Shown: positions 10,225 to 19,347 of the stretch, in pieces
How the letters are laid out: each line of letters opens with the position of its first letter
Position numbering within the stretch: the first letter of the stretch is position 1
Origin: Anaerolineales bacterium
GTDB taxonomy: Bacteria > Chloroflexota > Anaerolineae > Anaerolineales > E44-bin32
Direction of reading: 5' to 3'
Assembly: GCA_029210945.1 (NCBI GenBank)
Contig: JARGGH010000018.1
Coordinates: 148 to 64,147 of the forward strand
Length of the DNA stretch: 64,000 nucleotides
The notes under the pieces: model-generated
The model's input: only the letters and a program-made list of their open reading frames with translations
What the model was told of the DNA's origin: nothing
The model's database searches: none
Program-made: the position numbers and the translations under genes

Positions 10225-10386
10225 TTAAATAACCCCCAGCAGATTCAAGACAACCAGGATGATCACGATCACGATCAGGATATGGACCGCGTTACCGGTG
10301 CTCGGGAAGCTGGATGTGAACCTCGGACCTAAGAAGCCTAGCAGCCACAGGACGAGCAGTATGACGATAATCCAGGTAAGCATCAT
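10225..10386 (-). CDS. lmo0937/DUF5670-like small membrane protein, 53 aa (missed by ORF track)
   Basis: MMLTWIIVILLVLWLLGFLG...HILIVIVIILVVLNLLGVI; AAGGAG RBS. Confidence 0.8.
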   Translation of the reverse strand: MMLTWIIVILLVLWLLGFLGPRFTSSFPSTGNAVHILIVIVIILVVLNLLGVI

Positions 10387-10450
10387 GTTTCTCTCCTTTA
10401 ACTATTGATCACTCGGATGGTAGCGAGTTTGTTGACCGGATGGTATCAAA

Positions 10451-10600
10451 CTAACGGCCCAGCAGGATGAAGATGCCGGCCGCAATGGCCAGGATCGCCA
10501 GGATCGCGCCAAGACCGCCGATCCCGAGCAGCTGTACCAGGCCCCAGGCGATTAGAAAGATGGCGAGCAAGAGCATGCCGATATTTTTAGTGAATCTCAT
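10451..10600 (-). CDS. Small 2-TM membrane protein, 49 aa (missed by ORF track)
   Basis: MRFTKNIGMLLLAIFLIAWGLVQLLGIGGLGAILAILAIAAGIFILLGR. Confidence 0.75.
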   Translation of the reverse strand: MRFTKNIGMLLLAIFLIAWGLVQLLGIGGLGAILAILAIAAGIFILLGR

Positions 10601-10688
10601 GGTCGTCTTCCCTTCTACACAGAATGTGGGTGGCGTCCGTCAGGTCCAGCGGCTTTAGTCGGCTACTGGGCGAGCCACAGATTAAGGT

Positions 10689-11042
10689 TCAGGCATCCTT
10701 GATGGCACTTTTGCCGGTGTCGAGAACCCCGGAAACGTGATCCATCTGCTCAACGAGCTTGTCGAGGCCACGCTGCTTCATCTGCCCGGCCTTCTCTTGG
10801 ACTCCAGCCTTGACATTCTGGGTCTCCGAACGAACCTGCTCAATTGCATTATCTATAACATCGCTTGTCTGGTCGCGCAATTGGCTGCTCTTCAAACGAA
10901 TCTGGGAGCGCGTCCGCCGGCCTGATTGGGGTGCAAATATCAGCATCGTGGCTGCGCCAGCCAGGCCCCCAATCAGCAGACCGAGTACAACATTTCTTGA
11001 ATTACTTCCATCACTCGCGTGCTGCTCCAGATTATCTTCCAT
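10689..11042 (-). CDS. YtxH-domain protein
   Basis: GLLIGGLAGAATMLIFAPQSGRRTR motif followed by a helical tail; AAGGAGGT RBS before ATG 11042. Confidence 0.88.
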   Translation of the reverse strand: MEDNLEQHASDGSNSRNVVLGLLIGGLAGAATMLIFAPQSGRRTRSQIRLKSSQLRDQTSDVIDNAIEQVRSETQNVKAGVQEKAGQMKQRGLDKLVEQMDHVSGVLDTGKSAIKDA

Positions 11043-11131
11043 AAAGTGACCTCCTTTGACTGCATAGCGTAGTTGAATTCCCATTGGGTCTCTTTTTTTG
11101 CTGATCGGTGCGGGATACAGGCGGGCATAGG

Positions 11132-11308
11132 CTATTTCCCGCGCCCCTCGCCTCCTAAGTATATGCCCGCCTGTAATCGGTCCGCTTCTGTCAGTGTTAA
11201 GAACCCTACCAGCCGCTTGAAAGCTCCCAGCACGGTCCGAAAGACGGTGAATGGGAAAGGCTCCGTTTGATTTCCGTTCGATCTATATCGATCAACCGAA
11301 GTGTCCAT
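11132..11308 (-). CDS. Small hypothetical protein, 58 aa (missed by ORF track)
   Basis: MDTSVDRY...FLTLTEADRLQAGIYLGGEGRGK; starts 17 nt after the YggT-like gene on the same strand. Confidence 0.55.
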   Translation of the reverse strand: MDTSVDRYRSNGNQTEPFPFTVFRTVLGAFKRLVGFLTLTEADRLQAGIYLGGEGRGK

Positions 11309-11325
11309 TCGGTTTCTTTCTTTTC

Positions 11326-11739
11326 TTAATCAGGAGTGTGATGATCGGTGGTCGTTGTTCGCTCAACAGCCACCACGGATCCACCACGTGGGCGGTAGAA
11401 GACCACGTCGATTATTTTTACGAGCGCCCAGGCGATCAAGGCATACACCAGCAGGGCGATCACGGATGAGAGTTCCAGCACCATGCCGCCCGCACTCGGT
11501 GTCGCCGTCAGCCCTACAAAGGGCGCCAGGAACAGGTCGGTGATCCCATAGATAAACGCGGCAATTGGGCTGGCCGCGTTAGCGCCGATCAGCTTCAGCC
11601 CGATGCGCAGAGCGATCAGGGCTTCAAGTATGCCGAACAGCAGCCAAACCAACTGGGTAAATTTGAAGGTAAAGACCCGGCTTTCCTGGCCCGCCTCCTG
11701 TTGAGTCGTCCGAACCTCTGAAATTCTGTTGTCTGTCAT
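11326..11739 (-). CDS. YggT-family membrane protein
   Basis: LIALRIGLKLIGAN...FIYGITDLFLAPFVGL; AAGGAG RBS before MTDNR. Confidence 0.82.
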   Translation of the reverse strand: MTDNRISEVRTTQQEAGQESRVFTFKFTQLVWLLFGILEALIALRIGLKLIGANAASPIAAFIYGITDLFLAPFVGLTATPSAGGMVLELSSVIALLVYALIAWALVKIIDVVFYRPRGGSVVAVERTTTTDHHTPD

Positions 11740-11876
11740 TTTGAACTCCTTATCCCCTGCCACTACCAGTAGTCGCAGGGGGGAATCTATTGAGTGTTCC
11801 TTAAGGGGTGCGCATGCGCACCCCTGTAAGACCTCCGCGATGTGGCAAGAGGTGCCATCGGCGGGGGCGGGGCTGG

Positions 11877-12131
11877 CTAGACTCTCCGACGGACTAGATG
11901 GACTAGTGCGATGACGATGATGGCGCCCAGCAGGGTCACCAGCATGGTCGGAATGTTGACCGCGTCATTGATCGTCCCAACGTTGAAGATCGGGCTGAGG
12001 AAATAGCCGGCCAGGAAGGCACCTACAATGCCTACGATGATATTCATCAACAGGCTCGAGCGGTCTTTCATGATTTCGCTCGCCGCCCAGCCAACGATTG
12101 CTGCCGCAACCAGATATATAAGAATATTCAT
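11877..12131 (-). CDS. GlsB/YeaQ/YmgE-family stress response membrane protein (copy 2)
   Basis: IVGWAAS..M...LLMNIIVGIVGAFLAG...LLGAII; followed by palindrome GGGGTGCGCATGCGCACCCC (~11805-11824). Confidence 0.9.
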   Translation of the reverse strand: MNILIYLVAAAIVGWAASEIMKDRSSLLMNIIVGIVGAFLAGYFLSPIFNVGTINDAVNIPTMLVTLLGAIIVIALVHLVRRRV

Positions 12132-12381
12132 TTTTTCGTCCTCCTAATTTAGGTGTCTCAGATCCAGGAAAAGCTCCGTATTTAGAGCGGTGCTCTTCCC
12201 CTTGTGAATGGGTGTTACATTCGTAGTACCCTTGAAAAACTCGTTATCTTGCGCCTTGACATCCCTCCATGAGTGCGATGGCTTGTGAAGGTTGGAGACA
12301 CTATCGCCTGGGGTAGCCGGGGTGCGCATATGCGCACCCCGGCATGCTGGGCTCGATAACCGTGTGAGGAGATGGATTTGG

Positions 12382-12636
12382 TTATCGACCGCGTCGGGCG
12401 AAATGGATTATCGCCAGCAGGATGACGGCACCCAGCAGTGTTACCAGCATAGTAGGAATGGTGATCGCATCGTTGATCGTCCCAACCTTGAAGATAGGAC
12501 TCAGGAAAAAACCGGCCAGGAATGCGCCCACAACGGCCACGATGATATTAATCAGCAAGTTTGAACTGTCGTTCATCAGGCGGGTCGCCACGAAACCAAT
12601 GACTGCTGCGGCGAGAAGATAAATTAGAAGGTTCAT
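12382..12636 (-). CDS. GlsB/YeaQ/YmgE-family stress response membrane protein (copy 1)
   Basis: Close paralog of 11877-12131 (both 84 aa); followed by palindrome CCGGGGTGCGCATATGCGCACCCCGG (~12317-12342). Confidence 0.9.
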   Translation of the reverse strand: MNLLIYLLAAAVIGFVATRLMNDSSNLLINIIVAVVGAFLAGFFLSPIFKVGTINDAITIPTMLVTLLGAVILLAIIHFARRGR

Positions 12637-12738
12637 ACCCTAACCCCTTTGCGGATGATTGTGCATTTTGACTTCACGATCATGATTCTCTCCATGTCTA
12701 TTTGCTTTCCTCGTAACATCTATCAACCAGGAACATCA

Positions 12739-13107
12739 TCAAGCGGCGAGGGCAGTAGCTGCGATCCGCAGGCGTTCAGCCACACGGTCGGGCGCTTCCT
12801 CCTTGCTGATAAACACATCGGCCCCGGCAGAGAGGGCGGCTTGCTGCCGCGCATCGAGCTGGCTGACAAGAATTATGACCAGCGCGGCCGGGCAAGCCTT
12901 GCGCAGTAATTGGAGCGAGTCACTAGAATCACCCGGGATCATCGCCCAATCAATCAGCAACATATCAGTATGGCTGATCGGAGCTTGAGCCAGTGTGGTT
13001 GGCCAATCAGCCGCTTCGCCGGCAATTTCCAGCTGCATGTCCAGCAACAGCAGAATCAGGGCGGAGCGCTCATCAGCGCTTTCGTTCGCGACATATACTC
13101 GGGTCAT
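12739..13107 (-). CDS. Single-domain CheY-like response regulator
   Basis: Receiver fold: DMLLID, GADVFISK; first acidic pair atypical (ANE). Confidence 0.82.
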   Translation of the reverse strand: MTRVYVANESADERSALILLLLDMQLEIAGEAADWPTTLAQAPISHTDMLLIDWAMIPGDSSDSLQLLRKACPAALVIILVSQLDARQQAALSAGADVFISKEEAPDRVAERLRIAATALAA

Positions 13108-13195
13108 GTATATAGAGTAAAACAGCTAGCGCCCCGCCACATCCATCGGCCGGACAGTCTTTGTCTCCGCTAGTTAGGGGAGGTGAAATTCGTAG

Positions 13196-13840
13196 TTAGC
13201 TGATGAGGCCTTCCCGCAAGGCCAGGGTCACAGCCTCGGTGCGGCTGTAGACGCCGAACTTGGTCAGGATGTTGCTAACGTGGGATTTGATCGTAGACGG
13301 GCTGACATGCAATTCTTCTGCAATTTGTCGATTATTCAACCCCTCGACCAACAAGACCAGTACCTCACGCTCGCGAGGCGTCAGGTCATGACCAGGCCCG
13401 GGCGGCTTGTTGGCAGCCTGGACGAGGGCTTTGCCGATCTCGGGAGCGAGGGTTCCGTGCCCGGCGTGTGCGGAGCGGATGGCCCGGGCAAGCTCGTCGG
13501 CGGAGACATCTTTGAGCAGGTAGCTAATCGCACCTGCATCCAGCGCGTTCTTGATCAGTTTCATTTCCTTGAAACTGGTCAGCGCAATGATCTGAATTTG
13601 CGGGTGCTGTTCGCGCAGGGTGCGCGTTACGGTCGCTCCATCGATATCCGGCATCTTCATGTCCATCAAGATCACGTCCGGGCTGACCTCGGCGCAGAGT
13701 TCAAGCGCCTGCTGCCCACTTTCGGCCTCGCCCGCCACTTCGAGGTCGTCATAGGCCATCAAGAAGGTTGCCAGCCCACGGCGGACCATAGCATGGTCGT
13801 CGACAAGCATGACGCGAATTGGATTGGAAGGATTTTTCAT
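13196..13840 (-). CDS. NarL/LuxR-family DNA-binding response regulator
   Basis: LVDDH...DVILMD...YLLKD and LTPREREVL...SPSTIKSHVSNI HTH. Confidence 0.96.
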   Translation of the reverse strand: MKNPSNPIRVMLVDDHAMVRRGLATFLMAYDDLEVAGEAESGQQALELCAEVSPDVILMDMKMPDIDGATVTRTLREQHPQIQIIALTSFKEMKLIKNALDAGAISYLLKDVSADELARAIRSAHAGHGTLAPEIGKALVQAANKPPGPGHDLTPREREVLVLLVEGLNNRQIAEELHVSPSTIKSHVSNILTKFGVYSRTEAVTLALREGLIS

Positions 13841-15390
13841 CAGGACTCCTCCTGCCTGTCCCAGCGAAGTATAATCTCAGTTCCCTTTTCCGGCTGGCTG
13901 GATACCGTAAGCACAGCCCCTGCTGCTTCGGCTCGCTCACGCATCATGCTCAAGCCAAAGCTGCCGGTGGGTGTCAGTTCGGATGTGACGAACCCGCAGC
14001 CGTCGTCTTTGAGGCACAGTTCTAAGCCAGTGGATTCAAATCTCAAATCGATGCTCACATTGCTGGCCCTGGCATGCTTGGCGATATTGTTCATTCCCTC
14101 CTGGCAAATGCGGTAGGCGGCCACCTGCACATCAGCTGGCACACTGCCTGCGCCGCTAACCGTCACGGCCACCGGGATGCCTGTCCGCCCGGTGAAGGCA
14201 TTGCCCAGCTGGCGCAGCAGATCGCTCAATTCGGTGTCGATCAAGGTAGACGGGCGAAGTTCGGCCAGCAACGAGCGCATCTCGGCCAGCGCGCCGCGTA
14301 TCAGGCGGCGCAGATCCTTCAGCGATCGGCGTGCCTGTTCCGGCTCTTTCTCCCAGATACGTGGCAGCACCTCGGCGATCAGACCAGCGGAAAATAGCGA
14401 CTGGTTAACAGCATCGTGCAGATTGCGCGCCAGGCGCTGGCGTTCTTGCAGCGCGGCCAGTTCTTGGGCGTGTTCATAAAGCTCGGCATTGACGATGGCC
14501 ACCGCCGCCAGGTTGGCGATGGTCATCGCCAAGTTAGCCAGATGCGGGGTGAAGTAACTGCGCGCGGTGTATGCAATGCCGATTCCACCGAGCAGGCGCT
14601 GCTTAGCGACCAGCGGCACCCACATCCAGGATTGTACGCCTTCCAACATGACGGAGGCCTCATCCTGCAGGAGTGAACGCAGGAACTTCGCCGAAGGTTC
14701 GTCGCTCCATAAATCGGCAATGCGGATGGGGCTGTGTCCGTTGAAAAGTGCCTCCAGGTATCGCTTGCCATTCAACTGGATGCGGACCGGCATCGATTTC
14801 TCCAGCTCATCCGTTCCGCGTACTGCCAGTGCAACCAGGGTCGAGTCATCAAGGGTGAAAAGCCCGGCATGTGTATATTTGATGAGACGCCCCATCTGGT
14901 CGAGGATCAAGCCCGGCTGCAAATCCAGCTCTGAGGCTAGAGTCTTGGAGATCTCAAGCAGAATCGACTGCTCGTTCGCACGCACGCCAATTCGCTGCTG
15001 AAACCGGTCCTCCGCCTTGACCCGTCTGCTTACATCGCGCAAGAGCGCCAGGGCGCATTTGCGCCCCTGGTATGTGAAGGCTACCGCGCGCCATTCGACG
15101 CTGAACAACGAATCATCGCGGCGCACATGCTCGGCGAGAGTCTCGAACTGCCCGCCTTGGTTAATCAGCTCGACGAATCGGGAAAAACCGGGCTGGCTAT
15201 CGGCATGGACCAACGATGTCAGCTGCAGCCCGCGAAAAGTCTCCTGGGTGTAGCCGTGCATCGCTGCTGCGGCGGGGTTGGCGATTAGCACACTCACGGA
15301 CTCCAGATCCGTGATCAGCACTCCGTCACAGGCGGTTTCAAAGATTTTCGAATACAACTGATCGGCATCCATGGCGTCAGCACTCATCAT
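13840..15390 (-). CDS. PAS-GAF sensor histidine kinase (HisKA_3)
   Basis: ERQRLARNLHDAVNQ H-box, QEGMNNIAKHA, DDGCGF; N-terminal PAS and GAF; no TM segments. Confidence 0.93.
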   Translation of the reverse strand: MMSADAMDADQLYSKIFETACDGVLITDLESVSVLIANPAAAAMHGYTQETFRGLQLTSLVHADSQPGFSRFVELINQGGQFETLAEHVRRDDSLFSVEWRAVAFTYQGRKCALALLRDVSRRVKAEDRFQQRIGVRANEQSILLEISKTLASELDLQPGLILDQMGRLIKYTHAGLFTLDDSTLVALAVRGTDELEKSMPVRIQLNGKRYLEALFNGHSPIRIADLWSDEPSAKFLRSLLQDEASVMLEGVQSWMWVPLVAKQRLLGGIGIAYTARSYFTPHLANLAMTIANLAAVAIVNAELYEHAQELAALQERQRLARNLHDAVNQSLFSAGLIAEVLPRIWEKEPEQARRSLKDLRRLIRGALAEMRSLLAELRPSTLIDTELSDLLRQLGNAFTGRTGIPVAVTVSGAGSVPADVQVAAYRICQEGMNNIAKHARASNVSIDLRFESTGLELCLKDDGCGFVTSELTPTGSFGLSMMRERAEAAGAVLTVSSQPEKGTEIILRWDRQEES

Positions 15391-15828
15391 CGACTACTTT
15401 GCTATTTTACATTAAACGGCACTGGAGAATTCCACACGAGCTGCAGCAGCCGTCGGCCTGATCGACCTCTGCCCAATCGTGATGCCCTGCATAAAGGGTG
15501 AGCACTTCACGCTCGGTGCCGCGCAAGGCTCACCCCTGCTCGGGCCCGGAGCAGCTGATGAACGTCCTGTGGAAACGGGATTCGGAGCGAAGCTGCCGGC
15601 CATCTAGACCGTGGCGAAGATCCTTGTCGAGGCGGAGTGGGCGTCCGCTGCGATTTGCTATTAATGGAGCGAATTTGGTATCGTGGAGGGCAAGAGTTGG
15701 AGAATGCCCCGGCGCCTCCCCGCAACGCCACTCCGCTTCGGCTCGGGAACGCGGGGCCTCGCCGCTTGTGGCCGCCGTACGGAACGCGTCATCAAGAATA
15801 ACCGAGAATACTGAAGAGGTATCAAGAT

Positions 15829-16404
15829 ATGGACAAGAATGAACGCAATAGGCAGGAGCTGTCGTCAGAGCAACGCGAAGCGCTGCTCAAAGTATTAAAG
15901 GCCCGCTTCGAGAAAAATATGAACCGCCATCAAGGTCTTGAATGGGACGAGGTAGAAGCCAGGCTGAAAGCCCATCCTGAAAAGCTGTGGTCGCTCAACG
16001 AGATGGAAAGGACCGGCGGGGAGCCAGACGTCGTTGGCCACGATCAAAAGACGGACGAATACATCTATTTCGATTGCTCAGCGGAAAGCCCTAAAGGCCG
16101 CAGAAGTGTCTGCTACGACCTTGAAGGGCTGGAATCAAGGAAGGAACATAAACCGGAGAACAACGCCGTTGATATGGCCGCCGATATGAGTATTGAACTC
16201 CTGACGGAGCAGCAATACCGCGAGCTTCAGCAGCTTGGAGAGTTCGATACGAAAACCTCGAGCTGGGTGCAGACCCCACCCGAGATTAGAAAACTCGGCG
16301 GCGCACTCTTCTGTGATCGCCGCTACGACCACGTCTTCGTGTATCACAACAGCGCACCATCATACTACGCCGCCAGGGGATTCCGTGGCTCTCTAAGGGT
16401 CTAA
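15829..16404 (+). CDS. DUF4256 domain protein
   Basis: LWSLNEMERTGGEPDVV...ESPKGRRSVCYD...YYAARGFRGSL. Confidence 0.88.
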   Translation: MDKNERNRQELSSEQREALLKVLKARFEKNMNRHQGLEWDEVEARLKAHPEKLWSLNEMERTGGEPDVVGHDQKTDEYIYFDCSAESPKGRRSVCYDLEGLESRKEHKPENNAVDMAADMSIELLTEQQYRELQQLGEFDTKTSSWVQTPPEIRKLGGALFCDRRYDHVFVYHNSAPSYYAARGFRGSLRV

Positions 16405-16710
16405 ATTCTACCTGGCCAGTGGGTTGTCACCGGCATGAGTCTGCCTAAACCGTCAACGATGCTATCGGCAACACAAACGGGCTCCGCCTGGTCAATAAAC
16501 AGGCCGGCGCAGGTGGCGGCGCCTGAGCACCACAATCAGCCATCGCTTACGGGCCGTGCCAACGGTGGCCTGAATGTGACTTTGCTCAACCCTGAGGATC
16601 TTGCTGACCTGCTCGATGCGGTGGGGAGCGAGACCAACTCAGCGCATCGCGGGGCTGATTTGTCGCATCGCGAGATCGCATCCTCTTGACATACATTGTA
16701 TGATGGATAT

Positions 16711-16844
16711 AGGAGTGAGCGGTAATCACGGGTCCAAGTACCGGGCTGAGATCATTGTCCCGGAGCGTCAGGACAGGCTCCACGCCTAGGATCCCGAAAT
16801 CGGGAGCGCTAATCTCATTGTGAGCCGTTCACTCCTCTTCTTTT
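16711..16844 (+). ncRNA. Candidate structured ncRNA of unknown class
   Basis: Terminal stem AGGAGTGAGCGG (16711)/CCGTTCACTCCT (16825-16836), several inner stems, U-rich tail, TTGACA at 16686. Confidence 0.45.
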
Positions 16845-17187
16845 GCTCACAACCAAGATTTGTGTTCTGGTCACCTGGCCCATAGCTTAGCCAGCATAGA
16901 ACACGCCGCCGGCGAGATGCGGCCCCCACCGAGCGCGCAATTCGATGCTGGGACCACGGCGCAGACTGGCCGGTTGGCGCTGCTCGATCCAATCGTGCTC
17001 GCAATCAGCGCGAGCGCTGGCACATGCTGTGGCGTCTACTTCATCGGAATGCCCAGCTTTCAAATGGCATACCAAGATGATCCGCCGCAAGTGTTCTATT
17101 GGACCCAGTGCGCCCGGAGAAAAGCGCTCCTTCGATAGACCTTAACAACTGGATGGGTTAAGGCTCATGTGATAGATGTGTGCTGCG

Positions 17188-18522
17188 TCACGATTTTCCT
17201 GCATCCACCAGATCGTCCGTATAATCAATGTCTTGCAGGGCATCATCGCCTGCCGGGACCGCCTCGATCTGATAGCGTGAGAAAAGCTTCTTCGCACCAC
17301 GATCGCCGGTCAGCTCAGAGAATGCCGAAAAGGTGACACGGTCGAACAGCACAGGATTTCCCCATTCACCCTCCACCTGCGGCGCGACGACCGGTGCCAG
17401 CGTCTCGGCGTGGCGATCGATGAGCTCGTCTATCAACCCGGAGTCAACCCTGGGCATATCGCCCAGTGGGAAGACCGCCGCCTCGACACCACCGGCGACC
17501 GCCCCCAATCCAGCCTGGACCGATGTGCTCTGTCCTTGCTTCCAATCCTGGTTCTGAACAATCTCATAGCCCTCGTGATCGACGTTCGCCAGAACCTTTT
17601 CGTGTTCATGCCCCACGACCAGCAGCCTGCGGTGCGCCTTGCTCGCCCTCGCGGCGTCCATCACATGTTGAAGAATGGGCTTCCCGTTCCATTCCTGCAG
17701 CAGCTTATTTCGTTTGAAACGCTTCGATTCGCCAGCGGCAAGCACGATCGCCGCCACCCGGCCGCGCACCTCGCGCACCGGCTCTTTCGCCTGCACGACG
17801 CCGATCAGCACGCTCTTGATCTTCGGCTCCTCGAGTACAAGCTCGGCGATTCGCCGGGCTGTCTTGAGCCTATCTTTCGTGGTGACCTTGTTGATTAAAA
17901 CTCTAAGGACAGCGTGCAAGGGCAATTCCTTCAAACTGCCGGAGGGATGCTTCAAGAGGCTTGCAACGTGCTCGACCGTCAACTCCGTCCCGGATTCAAC
18001 ATCCAGCAGACTGCGCAGTTGGTCTGATCGATGGACAAGGTCGCTCTCGACGCTTTCACCAACGGCGTCAATCCCCACGACGGAAACCAGCAGGTCGAGG
18101 TTGTGCGGGAGCGCCGGCTCGTGCTCCGCCGGCGCCTTCAGCGAGCGCCCTGCAGCCCCGTCCGCTTCGATCAGAAGGACGACCTTCTTCTCCCGGGAGA
18201 ACTCGATGACGTCTTGCAGCTGCGCGAGAGGCAGGCCATCCCACTTGGGTTCGTCCGGGATCCGGGGGGCGGTCAGCAGCAGTGTGCGATCTCGATCCCA
18301 ATCGGATAGCGCAGAGAGCAGCCCGCCGGCGTCCTCGATAATCTTATGTTCGTCGGCGATATCTTTCTCATCCAACGCCAACTTGGTGGAGGTCGTGATC
18401 AATACCGGCATATCGCCGGCAAGTTCCTTAACCAGCCGGCGGATAGCGCTCGTCTTACCGCCCGCCCCGACGAACGCAATGACCTGTCCGGCTTCGACCC
18501 GCAGTGCCCAGGATAGTTCCAT
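17188..18522 (-). CDS. yqeC: YqeC (Se-dependent Mo hydroxylase accessory) fused to MocA-like nucleotidyltransferase
   Basis: VGAGGKTS, LIEADGA..RSLKAPAEHEP (YqeC), then IVLAAGESKRF...LGDMP...GNPVLF...GDRGAK (NTP_transf_3). Confidence 0.9.
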   Translation of the reverse strand: MELSWALRVEAGQVIAFVGAGGKTSAIRRLVKELAGDMPVLITTSTKLALDEKDIADEHKIIEDAGGLLSALSDWDRDRTLLLTAPRIPDEPKWDGLPLAQLQDVIEFSREKKVVLLIEADGAAGRSLKAPAEHEPALPHNLDLLVSVVGIDAVGESVESDLVHRSDQLRSLLDVESGTELTVEHVASLLKHPSGSLKELPLHAVLRVLINKVTTKDRLKTARRIAELVLEEPKIKSVLIGVVQAKEPVREVRGRVAAIVLAAGESKRFKRNKLLQEWNGKPILQHVMDAARASKAHRRLLVVGHEHEKVLANVDHEGYEIVQNQDWKQGQSTSVQAGLGAVAGGVEAAVFPLGDMPRVDSGLIDELIDRHAETLAPVVAPQVEGEWGNPVLFDRVTFSAFSELTGDRGAKKLFSRYQIEAVPAGDDALQDIDYTDDLVDAGKS

Positions 18523-18523
18523 C

Positions 18524-19345
18524 TCAGCCGCCCAACGCTTTGCGAATCGCTTCGAATGACAGCAGCGCTTCGAGGACCCCGCCCCCGACTGCCAGAGCTT
18601 TATCCGACACCGTGAAGCAGTGCTCGACAACACCGCGCGGGTCCAGATCGCCGACTTTCATCCCTGTTTTGACGGGCAGTCCATCGTGGATCAGCCCGCG
18701 CAGCACGCCGTCGAAAGGTGCCTGAACCGGGCGCTCGCCGACGCGCGCCAGCACATCTCCATCTTTCACCACCGTCCCGATCTCCAAGCCGCCCGTGAGA
18801 ACGCCGTCCGCAGGCGCCCGCAGCACGCGGTCGCCCCGATAATCCCCCACCGCCTCGGGCACACCGGTGTCTTCCTCTGCCGGGCCATCCCAGATCACGC
18901 GCCCCATCGCATGCCCGCGGTTGGTCTCGATCACGGCATGACAGTCGAGCCCTGCCGTGAAGCCCGGACCGAGACCAATGACGACTTCACCCGTTTCAAT
19001 CGTCCGTTCTGGCTGTCTCTTGCGCATGCGCGCATCCACGATCGCAGCCAGTCTTACGTCTTCCCGAACTCGTGCTTGTGGGTCGATCATGACAGGGACG
19101 ACATGCTCGCGCAGCGCGCTCGCGATCTCGGTGAGGGCTTGCACCCGGCGACCGGTCACTTCCTCGACCTGCACTTCACCAGTGTAAATCGCCTCGGCGA
19201 ACGCCACCGCCCGCCGCACGGCGAGCGGCTGCTTAATCTCGGCGATCAGCGCCGCGAAGCCAGAGCGGTGCAGCCGCAGCGCGACTCCACTGGCGAGATC
19301 ACCGCCCCCACGGATCAAGACGAGCGGTCGGGGTGAATTCAGCAA
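18524..19345 (-). CDS. yqeB: YqeB (EF2563-family) Se-dependent molybdenum hydroxylase system protein
   Basis: IRGGGDLASGVA..L, IGLGPGF, ETNRGH, GMKVGDLDPRG, SDKALAVGGGVLEA. Confidence 0.93.
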   Translation of the reverse strand: MLNSPRPLVLIRGGGDLASGVALRLHRSGFAALIAEIKQPLAVRRAVAFAEAIYTGEVQVEEVTGRRVQALTEIASALREHVVPVMIDPQARVREDVRLAAIVDARMRKRQPERTIETGEVVIGLGPGFTAGLDCHAVIETNRGHAMGRVIWDGPAEEDTGVPEAVGDYRGDRVLRAPADGVLTGGLEIGTVVKDGDVLARVGERPVQAPFDGVLRGLIHDGLPVKTGMKVGDLDPRGVVEHCFTVSDKALAVGGGVLEALLSFEAIRKALGG

Positions 19346-19347
19346 CC

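Noticed and set aside
6217-15461. Recurring TCGGCC(T/G)GA-like words near promoters (6217, 6623, 13146, 15453) as NarL boxes
   Set aside because: Short GC-rich word expected by chance; spacing and symmetry inconsistent.
15495-15600. Hairpin series with CTGATGA...GAAAC resembling a hammerhead ribozyme or fluoride riboswitch
   Set aside because: No NUH cleavage triplet or stem III pairing, stem II is poor, and the fluoride aptamer GAUG/pseudoknot is missing.
16711-16836. tRNA-Sec, SRP or 6S identity for the structured element, given nearby Se genes
   Set aside because: No UCA anticodon loop, T-loop or CCA end; no SRP GNRA/AGCAG motif; too short and branched for 6S.
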